Below are positions 10,782-19,111 of a stretch of DNA of 64,000 nt, piece by piece (the first letter of the stretch is position 1; each line of letters starts with the position of its first letter). The stretch covers positions 1 through 64,000 of the forward strand of contig JAHQWL010000093.1 of assembly GCA_029856155.1 (NCBI GenBank), written 5' to 3'. The translations under genes and the position numbers were made by a program. The stretch is from Promethearchaeia archaeon (GTDB lineage Archaea > Asgardarchaeota > Lokiarchaeia > Sigyniarchaeales > SOKP01). The notes beneath the pieces are model-generated. The model did no database searches and was not told the origin of the DNA. It saw only the letters and a program-made list of their open reading frames with translations.

Positions 10782-11339
10782 ATGGCGAAAATCGCTCAAA
10801 ATGCTCAGAATGTCCGAAAAATGCTGTTTAAGACAGTTGTTGTAGGGGATGGAGGAATAGGCAAAAGTACCATGGTTCAGCGATTAACTACCGGACAATT
10901 TATTCCCCAAAAGATTACCATTGGAACGGATCTCGCAACATATGATGTTCCTATCGATAATTCATTTGACATAAGGCTCCAGATATGGGATTTTGCTGGA
11001 GAAAGACGCTTTAGACTTTTTTTACCTAATTATTCAAGAGGAGCAACAGGTTGTTTGCTATGTTATGACATAACTCGTAGAAGTAGTTTCGATTCTTTGG
11101 AAGAATGGTATAATATTGTTAGTAACAATACCGATAATTGTATATTCGTTTTAGTTGGGGAAAAACTTGATTTAGCAGATATAAGGAGAAGCGTAGAGTA
11201 TGAACATGCTGAAGAATTTAAAGAAAAATACAATATTGACTATTTTTTTGAAACTTCTTCAAAGAGTGGTGAAAATAATAAACTAATTTTTAAAACTCTA
11301 ACTCGCTCAATTTTAAGAAAAAAGGGATTTATCGACTGA
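10782..11339 (+). CDS. Rab-like small GTPase (Ras superfamily)
   Basis: G1 GDGGIGKS, G2 TIG, G3 WDFAGE, NYSRGATGCLLCYDIT, G4 EKLD, G5 ETSSK; no C-terminal prenylation Cys. Confidence 0.93.
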   Translation: MAKIAQNAQNVRKMLFKTVVVGDGGIGKSTMVQRLTTGQFIPQKITIGTDLATYDVPIDNSFDIRLQIWDFAGERRFRLFLPNYSRGATGCLLCYDITRRSSFDSLEEWYNIVSNNTDNCIFVLVGEKLDLADIRRSVEYEHAEEFKEKYNIDYFFETSSKSGENNKLIFKTLTRSILRKKGFID

Positions 11340-11396
11340 TTCATTATACACATAAAAAAAAACAAAAAAAAATATTATAAAAAGAACTCAATACTT

Positions 11397-12341
11397 TTAT
11401 TCTTCTAGAATATCCTTTAACTCATCAATATTAAGATCTAAATATTTACTTTTTATTAAATCCTTACCGATGAGATTTAAGAAATTTTTTTTGCGTTTTT
11501 TATTAAGAAATTTTTTCATTTCAGATAGATCTGGATGTGGATCTGTTATTTCGAGTAATTTATTTTTAACAGCAGTATCAACTAATTTTTGCCCTACATC
11601 TGTTCTAATTATTAGAAGAGCTTCACCAGAGCCTTTTGGTGCCCCCCAAGGAGAGTAGGATATATCTGAAAATTCTCCAGAGAAATCTGTACAATATTTA
11701 CAACCTGTCATACCACCAGATGAACATGCATAAGCTATCCTTAAAGAAGTACGTTCTGCTCCAGTGTTAAAATCAGAGACTAAGATTTTTGCGAGTCCTT
11801 GGATATGGCAAGGATTCCCAAGGATTCCAATATCCCGCTTATAATCCCTATAGGCTTGTCCAATACCTGTGATTAAAGGCCCTGCATTCTCCATCGTAGC
11901 TTTTGGAATATATTTCTTTGCGTCCTTCTCATTATCTACTACAATTGGGAAAGCTACAGGTGGTTTTTTGCTTTTAACTTCACTTAGAACCATGTGTTTT
12001 ACAATTCCTGCTTTGAAAGCAGCAACTACTAGATTATATAAAATAGCATCTTTATTTTTTGATTTTACTTGAATTATATCATTATAAACTCCGACAGCTA
12101 AATCAATACGTGTTTTTCCAAAAAGTTTCTGTTCAATTTCGGATATAGGGAGGAAACTTCTTGGACATGAGTTGTAGCAGAGCCCTACAGTTTCAGCGCA
12201 TTCATCTACGACAAAAGCTTCTCCCGTTTCTTTATTAAAGTCCATGTGTGGGCAAAATGCATTGCAACTTCCACAGTGGATGCATAAACCAGCATATATT
12301 ACTTCATTTTCGAGATCTTGACTCGATTTTTCAATTTTCAT
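11397..12341 (-). CDS. Coenzyme F420 hydrogenase/dehydrogenase beta subunit (FrhB/FdhB family) with N-terminal ferredoxin
   Basis: CIHCGSCNAFCP, CYNSCPR, GNPCHIQG, GCKYCTDFSGEFSDIS. Confidence 0.85.
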   Translation of the reverse strand: MKIEKSSQDLENEVIYAGLCIHCGSCNAFCPHMDFNKETGEAFVVDECAETVGLCYNSCPRSFLPISEIEQKLFGKTRIDLAVGVYNDIIQVKSKNKDAILYNLVVAAFKAGIVKHMVLSEVKSKKPPVAFPIVVDNEKDAKKYIPKATMENAGPLITGIGQAYRDYKRDIGILGNPCHIQGLAKILVSDFNTGAERTSLRIAYACSSGGMTGCKYCTDFSGEFSDISYSPWGAPKGSGEALLIIRTDVGQKLVDTAVKNKLLEITDPHPDLSEMKKFLNKKRKKNFLNLIGKDLIKSKYLDLNIDELKDILEE

Positions 12342-12373
12342 TTATTTTTCCCGCGTAAGTTATTTAATTATTT

Positions 12374-12389
12374 GTGTGAAACTTCACAC
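12374..12389. promoter_or_regulatory. Palindrome GTGTGAA-AC-TTCACAC, candidate operator of the FrhB-family gene
   Basis: Perfect 7-bp arms, 33 bp upstream of the start codon at 12341. Confidence 0.45.
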
Positions 12390-12607
12390 TATTTTTTCAA
12401 TAAATGAAATCTCACACCAATAAAAAGGTTTTTTATGAGATTTGAAAATTTAATATTTCGTCTATTATATCTATTTTCAAATTAATATGAAAACTAGTAG
12501 AATTTAAATACGAAATTTAAGATTCAATTGTAATTATCGGTGAAGGCAAACAATATTATCCTATTTTATAATAAATCTGGGTTAGAACCTAAAAAATATC
12601 AATTATT

Positions 12608-12666
12608 GTGGTACTTATACAATCAGGAGGAGGGTTAACAAAAATTAGAAAATGTATAAGTACTAC
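12608..12666. other. Stem-loop (11 perfect bp extended to 14 with a G-U pair) whose loop carries GGAGGAGG
   Basis: GTACTTATACA 12611-12621 is complementary to TGTATAAGTAC 12653-12663. Confidence 0.4.
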
Positions 12667-12737
12667 TTCACTCCATGTTAATTTTATTTTTTTCTTTATA
12701 TACAGCAGTTTAAATTTATATATATTAATAAAAAAGT

Positions 12738-12968
12738 ATGGAGTCTAATTTAGAATCACTTTCAGCTTTTCAAATATATAGCACCGGAACAAGAGATAAA
12801 ATAAATGTCATGGTAGATCGTTTATGGATAAAAAACAATAGAATATTTTTTAGAGTTATAAAAGATATCCTTCCTCATAAAACAACTTTTAGAAAAGAAC
12901 GAGGATCTAATGTTTTTTCAATAAGCAGAGAAGATCTTCTAAGTATTCGTTGTAGATTATATTTCTAA
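12738..12968 (+). CDS. Small hypothetical protein
   Basis: 76-aa ATG ORF filling an otherwise empty region, AT-rich promoter-like sequence upstream. Confidence 0.6.
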   Translation: MESNLESLSAFQIYSTGTRDKINVMVDRLWIKNNRIFFRVIKDILPHKTTFRKERGSNVFSISREDLLSIRCRLYF

Positions 12969-13012
12969 CGGGGCTCCTATTTAAAATAAAAAATATATTA
13001 AAGTTAGGAATT

Positions 13013-13177
13013 ATGAATAGTAAAGAAAGAAGTGGAAACTTTGATTTTATATTTGAATGTGAACAATGCACGGAATCGTGGTCAGAGAATTTATTGGATT
13101 TAATAGATAGATGTACTACTGAAGAATTAATTGACTTAAATAGGTATATTCAAACTAAATTAAAAAAAAAAATATAG
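13013..13177 (+). CDS. Small hypothetical protein with CxxC (54 aa, not in ORF track)
   Basis: MNSKERSGNFDFIFECEQCTESWSENLLDLIDRCTTEELIDLNRYIQTKLKKKI; AGGA upstream of ATG. Confidence 0.55.
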   Translation: MNSKERSGNFDFIFECEQCTESWSENLLDLIDRCTTEELIDLNRYIQTKLKKKI

Positions 13178-13183
13178 AATTAT

Positions 13184-15166
13184 TTATTCATTAGATATTT
13201 GGGTTTTTTTAAAGAGTATTATTAAACCAAAAGCACTAAAAGAAAGAATGGTAAGTAAAATGTTAAATCCTGGAATTTTTTGGTTGGACATACTCACTAT
13301 AGTTATATCTGAAGTCTCTAAATAATCTAATCCATAGCTTGAAAATTGCACAAGAACAAAATCAGAATAGTCTAATCTTACTCTTACAGGTTGATTTTCA
13401 ATAGGAATAATTAAAGAAGTTGTTCCGTTAATCCATTCATAATTTGAATATTCTAAGGTTGAGCCACTGCTATAGATTTCAATAGGAATTTGTTGCGAAT
13501 AACTATATGGGTTTAAATCTTCATTAGTATCTTCAACTGTAATATTGATTATCTTATTTTTAGCATTATATATTACATTAGCTATATTATATTTAGGAAG
13601 GTAAGGATTATCAAACCATGGGAAAAAGAACCAATCAAGAGATTCTCCTATAACAGTTTCAAATGCATCTTGTAAATCTGTTAAATCCGCAATTTCAAAA
13701 TAATAATCCTGGAAAAAATATGTAAGTCCTTCAATAAATTTCTCGTGACCTATTGTTGACCTTAACTTTTCGAGAATAGTGTTTGTTTTAGTGTAGCCTA
13801 AATACCAGTAATCCGTACCACTTATTAAACAATCAGGGACGGATTGATTAATTTTATTTGGCAAACCATAGTTCAACGAGTAATGTCTAACACTATCTAA
13901 ACCCCAATATGGTTCAAACATATACCAATCTGGATGAAACACATCCTTATACCAATCTGAAACCCAACAGACAATACCTTCATCTAAAAAGCCCCAATCT
14001 ACTTCGTCAACACCTAGTAGGTTATAAAACCATTGATGAGCTACTTCATGTGCAATAATACTTTCAAGATACCAATGAGGCCCGTTTGGTCCAGTATAAT
14101 TATCTGCTGCTTCACTAGCATAAATTTGTAAAGGGTATTCCATACCACCAAAATGAGTATATTCTTCAACAACATTAAAAGTTGAATAACAATAATTTCC
14201 AAATGTATTATGATAGAGATCACCAGAATTTAGGGCGTAATTTAAAGCAAAATCATGCCACAAATTATAAGATTTTGGCAGAAAATAACTGGAAACGGTG
14301 ATATTTACTCCGGGAAGAAAAACAGATTCTACTATAAAATAACGAGATGCTGAAAAAGTTACCTCTCGGACTGGTAGATGTGGATTGAAGTGATGAATTG
14401 TTCTTCCTCCACTAGTTACGTTTCCTATTAATTCTCCAGTAGCAGCAACAGTCATATTTTCAGGGACATTGACTATTAATTCGTAATATGCCATGTCATA
14501 GTAGAATGGATCACCAGTTAATATATACGGGTCAATATTCCATCCATCAAATTCATCATATACACAGGGTTGTGGATAACAGCATGCGAATTTAAATATA
14601 CGTGAATGATTATGGTCCCAACCATAATCACTTGCCCTATCTAATTTTTCACTATTCCCATCAGGAAGCGTCGTATTGAAAGATATTACAAAGGAAATAC
14701 GATTTTCAGGCTCTAGATTATTGGTTAGATTTACCCACATTAATTGAATATTAGAGTAGACATCATAATCAAATTGTTCTTTAGGATTCTCCAACGTAGT
14801 TACGTTTAAAATTTCAATATATCCAGCTCTCTTGTCAAATCGCATTCCAGAAGCATAAATATGGAAAGGAATTTGAGTTAAATTTACAGGATCGTTATTA
14901 TAATAATCAACAGTCAAATTACCTGCAACGGTAGAAGTTTTTTCATCAAGAAAAACCGAGAGATTATACTTAGAGAATTCATACCCAGAAAAATTACCTT
15001 TTGAAAATTGATTGTAATCTGATAAGATAGGGTGATTATATAGGTCACTTCCATCCTTGAGTTTAACAGTATGAATAGAATTTGAGGAAATCAAGATAGT
15101 TAATGGCATTATAACACTTAATAATACGATTATTAAGCCGGTTAAGTTTTTTTGGTTGAATTTCAT
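13184..15166 (-). CDS. Secreted M1-family zinc aminopeptidase with IPGF-type C-terminal sorting tail
   Basis: N-terminal signal, GGMEY, HEVAH-x18-E (LDEG), catalytic Tyr in LGYTK, C-terminal KIPGF + TM + KK. Confidence 0.88.
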   Translation of the reverse strand: MKFNQKNLTGLIIVLLSVIMPLTILISSNSIHTVKLKDGSDLYNHPILSDYNQFSKGNFSGYEFSKYNLSVFLDEKTSTVAGNLTVDYYNNDPVNLTQIPFHIYASGMRFDKRAGYIEILNVTTLENPKEQFDYDVYSNIQLMWVNLTNNLEPENRISFVISFNTTLPDGNSEKLDRASDYGWDHNHSRIFKFACCYPQPCVYDEFDGWNIDPYILTGDPFYYDMAYYELIVNVPENMTVAATGELIGNVTSGGRTIHHFNPHLPVREVTFSASRYFIVESVFLPGVNITVSSYFLPKSYNLWHDFALNYALNSGDLYHNTFGNYCYSTFNVVEEYTHFGGMEYPLQIYASEAADNYTGPNGPHWYLESIIAHEVAHQWFYNLLGVDEVDWGFLDEGIVCWVSDWYKDVFHPDWYMFEPYWGLDSVRHYSLNYGLPNKINQSVPDCLISGTDYWYLGYTKTNTILEKLRSTIGHEKFIEGLTYFFQDYYFEIADLTDLQDAFETVIGESLDWFFFPWFDNPYLPKYNIANVIYNAKNKIINITVEDTNEDLNPYSYSQQIPIEIYSSGSTLEYSNYEWINGTTSLIIPIENQPVRVRLDYSDFVLVQFSSYGLDYLETSDITIVSMSNQKIPGFNILLTILSFSAFGLIILFKKTQISNE

Positions 15167-15328
15167 GATATTATCAATTCAAATTTAATTTAAATTTATT
15201 ACTTAGAATTTAGATATACACGATATATAAAATAAATAGCGTCCATTTTTTGATATTTCAAAATATCTCGTGAATATGATAAGAGGTTAATAATACCAAA
15301 AAAACATCATTTAATAATAAAGTAGAAT

Positions 15329-15484
15329 TCATTCTTTGAGTTTTTTTAATTTTTCAATGTAATTTGTACAATTTTTACAATCTGGGATCTTACATAAAAA
15401 ATGTATCTTAGGAAGATTACATGTATTATCAAATGGACAAATAAGAAGTTTTAATTTAGAAAGAAAATCTACCTGAATACTCAT
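15329..15484 (-). CDS. Small Cys-rich putative zinc-binding protein (51 aa, not in ORF track)
   Basis: MSIQVDFLSKLKLLICPFDNTCNLPKIHFLCKIPDCKNCTNYIEKLKKLKE; alternative ATG at 15493. Confidence 0.55.
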   Translation of the reverse strand: MSIQVDFLSKLKLLICPFDNTCNLPKIHFLCKIPDCKNCTNYIEKLKKLKE

Positions 15485-15617
15485 AGTAGTCATATAATTT
15501 TAAAGTTATTAAATAAAAAATAGCAGTTAATCCTTATATATTATCGGAGATAAAAAACTATATAAATAACCTCTCTAACTCAAAATATAACAAAAAATTT
15601 GGATAATAATTATTTTA

Positions 15618-15905
15618 TTATTCATTTTCTGACTCAGCTAATAAACTTGAGCAAGTTTCATTAAGTTTTTTTATTAAATGTTGTCGATCTTTCCATATTA
15701 ACCATGTATTACCAGATTTTTCAAAATGATATCCATCATATTGTTCTTTTATTTTGGAAAGAGTTTTTTTAATAAAACTCCAAGAAAAACCCGTATCTTC
15801 AACAATTTTCGCGATGGCAATTGGATGGTTTATCTCAAGAGAGTTATTTAAATATTCAATTATTTTCTCGAAACCTGTTTTAGGAGAATTCTCAGTTTGA
15901 GTCAT
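15618..15905 (-). CDS. Small putative winged helix-turn-helix protein
   Basis: IAIAKIVEDTGFSWSFIKKTLSKI (HTH-like) followed by the beta-hairpin YHFEKSGNTWLIW. Confidence 0.5.
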   Translation of the reverse strand: MTQTENSPKTGFEKIIEYLNNSLEINHPIAIAKIVEDTGFSWSFIKKTLSKIKEQYDGYHFEKSGNTWLIWKDRQHLIKKLNETCSSLLAESENE

Positions 15906-16066
15906 TATTAATATTTTTTGAATTTATTTCTAAAATATATGATTTAATTATCAAAATTTCATAATTTAGGTTTATTGATTAATTTTTGCAAAAAAATTTG
16001 ACTTTAATTTAAATTAAAAATTAACTTTTGAATATATAAAATAATTTTTAGTATATGTTGAGATTT

Positions 16067-16462
16067 ATGTCTAAAAATAATGGATTAACTACTTTTGCGG
16101 ATGTTATAGCAAATATTTATATGCCTTTAAATAATAAGGCAAAATTTAAAGAAAAATATAGAGATGACACATTTAAAATACTTTTAAATCCTAAGGATAG
16201 CAAATTTGCTACGTTAATTACTGTTGACAGAGGAATATTATCTGTTAATAGTATAGAAAATACATTAAAAAAAATTTAGATCAAAAATGTTCAGGATGGG
16301 ATGGATGTATACAAACCACAAAAGAATTATTTAGTGCAATCGGGAGAGGAGAATTATCGAGTGGTGAGATTGCGAAAAAAAATTGTAACCCGCAAAATTA
16401 AAGTAAAAAAAACAAAAATATTAGTAAAGTTCACTGAATTAGCAGCAATATTAAGAGAATAA
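16067..16462 (+). pseudogene. SCP2/sterol-carrier-like protein split by two frameshifts at A8 tracts
   Basis: First frame ends ...SIENTLKKI*; shifted frame continues NLDQKCSGWDGCIQTTKELFSAIGRGELSSGEIAKK; a second shift gives IVTRKIKVKKTKILVKFTELAAILRE*. Family call is by pattern only. Confidence 0.55.
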
Positions 16463-16514
16463 ACTGTATGAATTGCATACTTATTTTTTTTTTTAATTAT
16501 CTATTTATATAAGG

Positions 16515-17819
16515 TTGAGTTTTATTATCCTAAATATTAGTTATAAGAGCATTAGATACTTGAGCCGTTCTATACCACTTAAAAAAATAAATCAAGATCT
16601 CATAAATCATAAGATAACTAAAGAGGAAGCTAATACATTGCTTATCTCTTTGATTGAATCTAGTAATAATAGTAAAAAGCGAGTCAGATGCTTAGAAGAA
16701 TTTGGTAAAATTATAAATTTAAATAAAAAAAATTTCGAAATACTTGAAAATTATTTAATCTCAGATGAAAGTCCACAAGTTAGAAGCGTTTCAGCTAAAA
16801 TTTTATTCTTTGAATTCCCGGATTTAATGATAAACCCTTTGAAATGGGTGATTCAAAATGAACGATCGCTTTACGTTATTAAAACACTTTTTGAACTTTT
16901 AGGATCCTCAAATAACAAGATTGCACATGCTCTATTTGAAATACTTTCATCTAAACTTACCGAAATATATAATGTTAAGGTTCCAGAATCTCGGTTTTTA
17001 TTAGATCTTGAGAGTGAATTACAACCACATGGTGAAATGGGTTTTTTTAAACCTATAATAAAGTGTAAGAGTATAATTGCTTTAGATTTTGTTAGCAAAA
17101 AGCTCGAAAAACTTCCGGTTTCTGTTGGTGCTCTATCAAATTTGGAACATTTAAATTTATGGGATAATGAGTTAACCTCATTACCAAAATCTATTGAAAA
17201 TCTTTCGAATTTGAAATTTCTATACTTAGATTGGAATAAATTTGAGAATATACCAAATATACAATGGAACAGGTTAATATCACTAGAAAAATTAAGTTAT
17301 ACTAACAACTCTCCAATAAAGCAAGTTCCCAAATCTTTCCTTAAATTAATTAAACAGAATTTTATTGATAATTATATAAATGAAGGAGTTCTTCCATATG
17401 AAGCACCGATATTAGGATTTTTAGAAGTTCTGATAGGAATGAAATTAAGGAAAATACAAAAAAAAGAACAACAATCCAAATTATATGCTTGTGAGTATAG
17501 ACTAAATACCGATGGAAATATTATTGGTATTTATTTATATGGTTATCATAGTTTTCAAATAAACCATATTCCAGAACTTTTATGCCTATTAAAGAATCTT
17601 GAAGAACTTATCCTTAGAGATCAAAACATAATAAAAATTCCCGTTTTTATCAAGAATCTCAGTACGTTAAAACACTTAGATTTAGTCAGAAATAAAATCG
17701 AATTTATCCCAGAATCAATTAAAGAATTAAAATCATTAGAGTTTTTAGACTTAGGAGAAAATAGAATAAAGACAATACCTGAATTTATCAAAAAATCTAG
17801 AATAGATTTATGGTTTTAA
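16515..17819 (+). CDS. HEAT-repeat plus leucine-rich-repeat protein
   Basis: ENYLISDESPQVRSVSAKIL (HEAT-like) and multiple LxxLxLxxNxLxxLP repeats; true start may be TTG at 16560. Confidence 0.88.
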   Translation: MSFIILNISYKSIRYLSRSIPLKKINQDLINHKITKEEANTLLISLIESSNNSKKRVRCLEEFGKIINLNKKNFEILENYLISDESPQVRSVSAKILFFEFPDLMINPLKWVIQNERSLYVIKTLFELLGSSNNKIAHALFEILSSKLTEIYNVKVPESRFLLDLESELQPHGEMGFFKPIIKCKSIIALDFVSKKLEKLPVSVGALSNLEHLNLWDNELTSLPKSIENLSNLKFLYLDWNKFENIPNIQWNRLISLEKLSYTNNSPIKQVPKSFLKLIKQNFIDNYINEGVLPYEAPILGFLEVLIGMKLRKIQKKEQQSKLYACEYRLNTDGNIIGIYLYGYHSFQINHIPELLCLLKNLEELILRDQNIIKIPVFIKNLSTLKHLDLVRNKIEFIPESIKELKSLEFLDLGENRIKTIPEFIKKSRIDLWF

Positions 17820-17839
17820 ACTCAATCTTTATTGATTTA

Positions 17840-19048
17840 TTATTTTCGCATTTGAATAAATTTACCTGATTTCATTAACTCACATGGGCTTAAATAAGTT
17901 AATCCTGATTTGACTACAAAGTCTTCTAGCAATTGAGTCCATATTTTATAATTTCTTTTTCCTGCCCCGAAAGGTCCCGGGTTATCCATACCAGCCATCA
18001 TTGAATCATCAATTATTTTATACCCGGAAACAATGCCCTCTTCTAAAAGTTTACACCCTTCATTCAATTGAATAGCCATAAAAAGATCGAAATCGAAAAG
18101 CCCAGCTTTAATATCCTTATTTATAATTGGTTGTCCGTCCTTCCATTCAAAAAGTCCTTTCCCATTTTTCCTTCCTAATTGCCCTTCATTTACTAATCGG
18201 GTTAAATTTTTTCCTGGGGCAAATTGAGGGGACAAAACTTCTTCAAAATATTTCATGACATTATAAATAACATCAAGACCTAAATAGTCCCATCTTGCAA
18301 TTGGTCCAATTTCAATCAACTCTTTTGTATCAGCATCTATTTGTTCCAACGGAATATGATTTTCAATTGCAAAATCAAGTAACCAATTCAAATAAGCACT
18401 GGTTGCTATTGTAAGTCGATTCACAATGAAACCAGGACTCTCTTTTTCAAGAACAGGTAAAAATCTCTTTCCTTTTAGCGCAGGAAGTTGTTGACAAACT
18501 TTTTTAGTAATTTCTACTGTATCCTTTGAAGTTTTATCACCCTTAGTAATTTCGATTAATCTGAGTACAACAATTGGAGTAAAAAAATGACATCCAATTA
18601 CTTTATCCGGCCGTCCACTTGAAGAGGCAATTTTCGTGATGCTCATTGTTGATGTATTTGTAGCCAAGATAGTATGTTTAGGGGCTAATTTCCCTAATTT
18701 TTCAAAAAGGTCTTGTTTAAGTTTCATAATCTCTGGTATTGCTTCAACAATGAAATCTGCTTGTGAAACAGCCTTTTTTAGATCTTCTTCTATTATTAGA
18801 TCTTCCATCAGATTAGAAGCTGTTTGGCCCTCCTTTAGCCTTCCTTTAGCTTCTAATCTTTTTAAACCATTTTCAATTCTGTTTACTGCTTTCTCGAGAA
18901 TTTCATTATTTAGATCATTTAGTATTACCGGCTTAAAACCGCCCATTAAAGCAACTTGGGCTATTTCATGACCCATAGTTCCAGCACCAATAACTGCGAT
19001 TAAATTTATATTGTGTATATTACTCATCATTTTAATCCTCATTTCCAT
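17840..19048 (-). CDS. 3-hydroxyacyl-CoA dehydrogenase
   Basis: GAGTMGHEIA, VEAIPE, ATNTSTMSIT, GCHFF, PGFIVNR, GQLGRKNGKG. Confidence 0.92.
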   Translation of the reverse strand: MEMRIKMMSNIHNINLIAVIGAGTMGHEIAQVALMGGFKPVILNDLNNEILEKAVNRIENGLKRLEAKGRLKEGQTASNLMEDLIIEEDLKKAVSQADFIVEAIPEIMKLKQDLFEKLGKLAPKHTILATNTSTMSITKIASSSGRPDKVIGCHFFTPIVVLRLIEITKGDKTSKDTVEITKKVCQQLPALKGKRFLPVLEKESPGFIVNRLTIATSAYLNWLLDFAIENHIPLEQIDADTKELIEIGPIARWDYLGLDVIYNVMKYFEEVLSPQFAPGKNLTRLVNEGQLGRKNGKGLFEWKDGQPIINKDIKAGLFDFDLFMAIQLNEGCKLLEEGIVSGYKIIDDSMMAGMDNPGPFGAGKRNYKIWTQLLEDFVVKSGLTYLSPCELMKSGKFIQMRK

Positions 19049-19111
19049 TGTTAATAATTTTAATTATAACATAAACTTAAGCTTTAACACCTTAAAAAAA
19101 TGTGATTTTGA

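Noticed and set aside
12400-12450. Possible eukaryote-like SECIS element (AUGA...AA...UGA hairpin)
   Set aside because: The Watson-Crick register is offset from the GA/GA quartet, no adjacent same-strand gene precedes it, and I found no gene needing UGA readthrough
13184-15166. Aminopeptidase as a nicastrin homologue
   Set aside because: It is an intact M1 gluzincin (GGMEY, HExxH-x18-E), whereas nicastrin derives from the M28 fold
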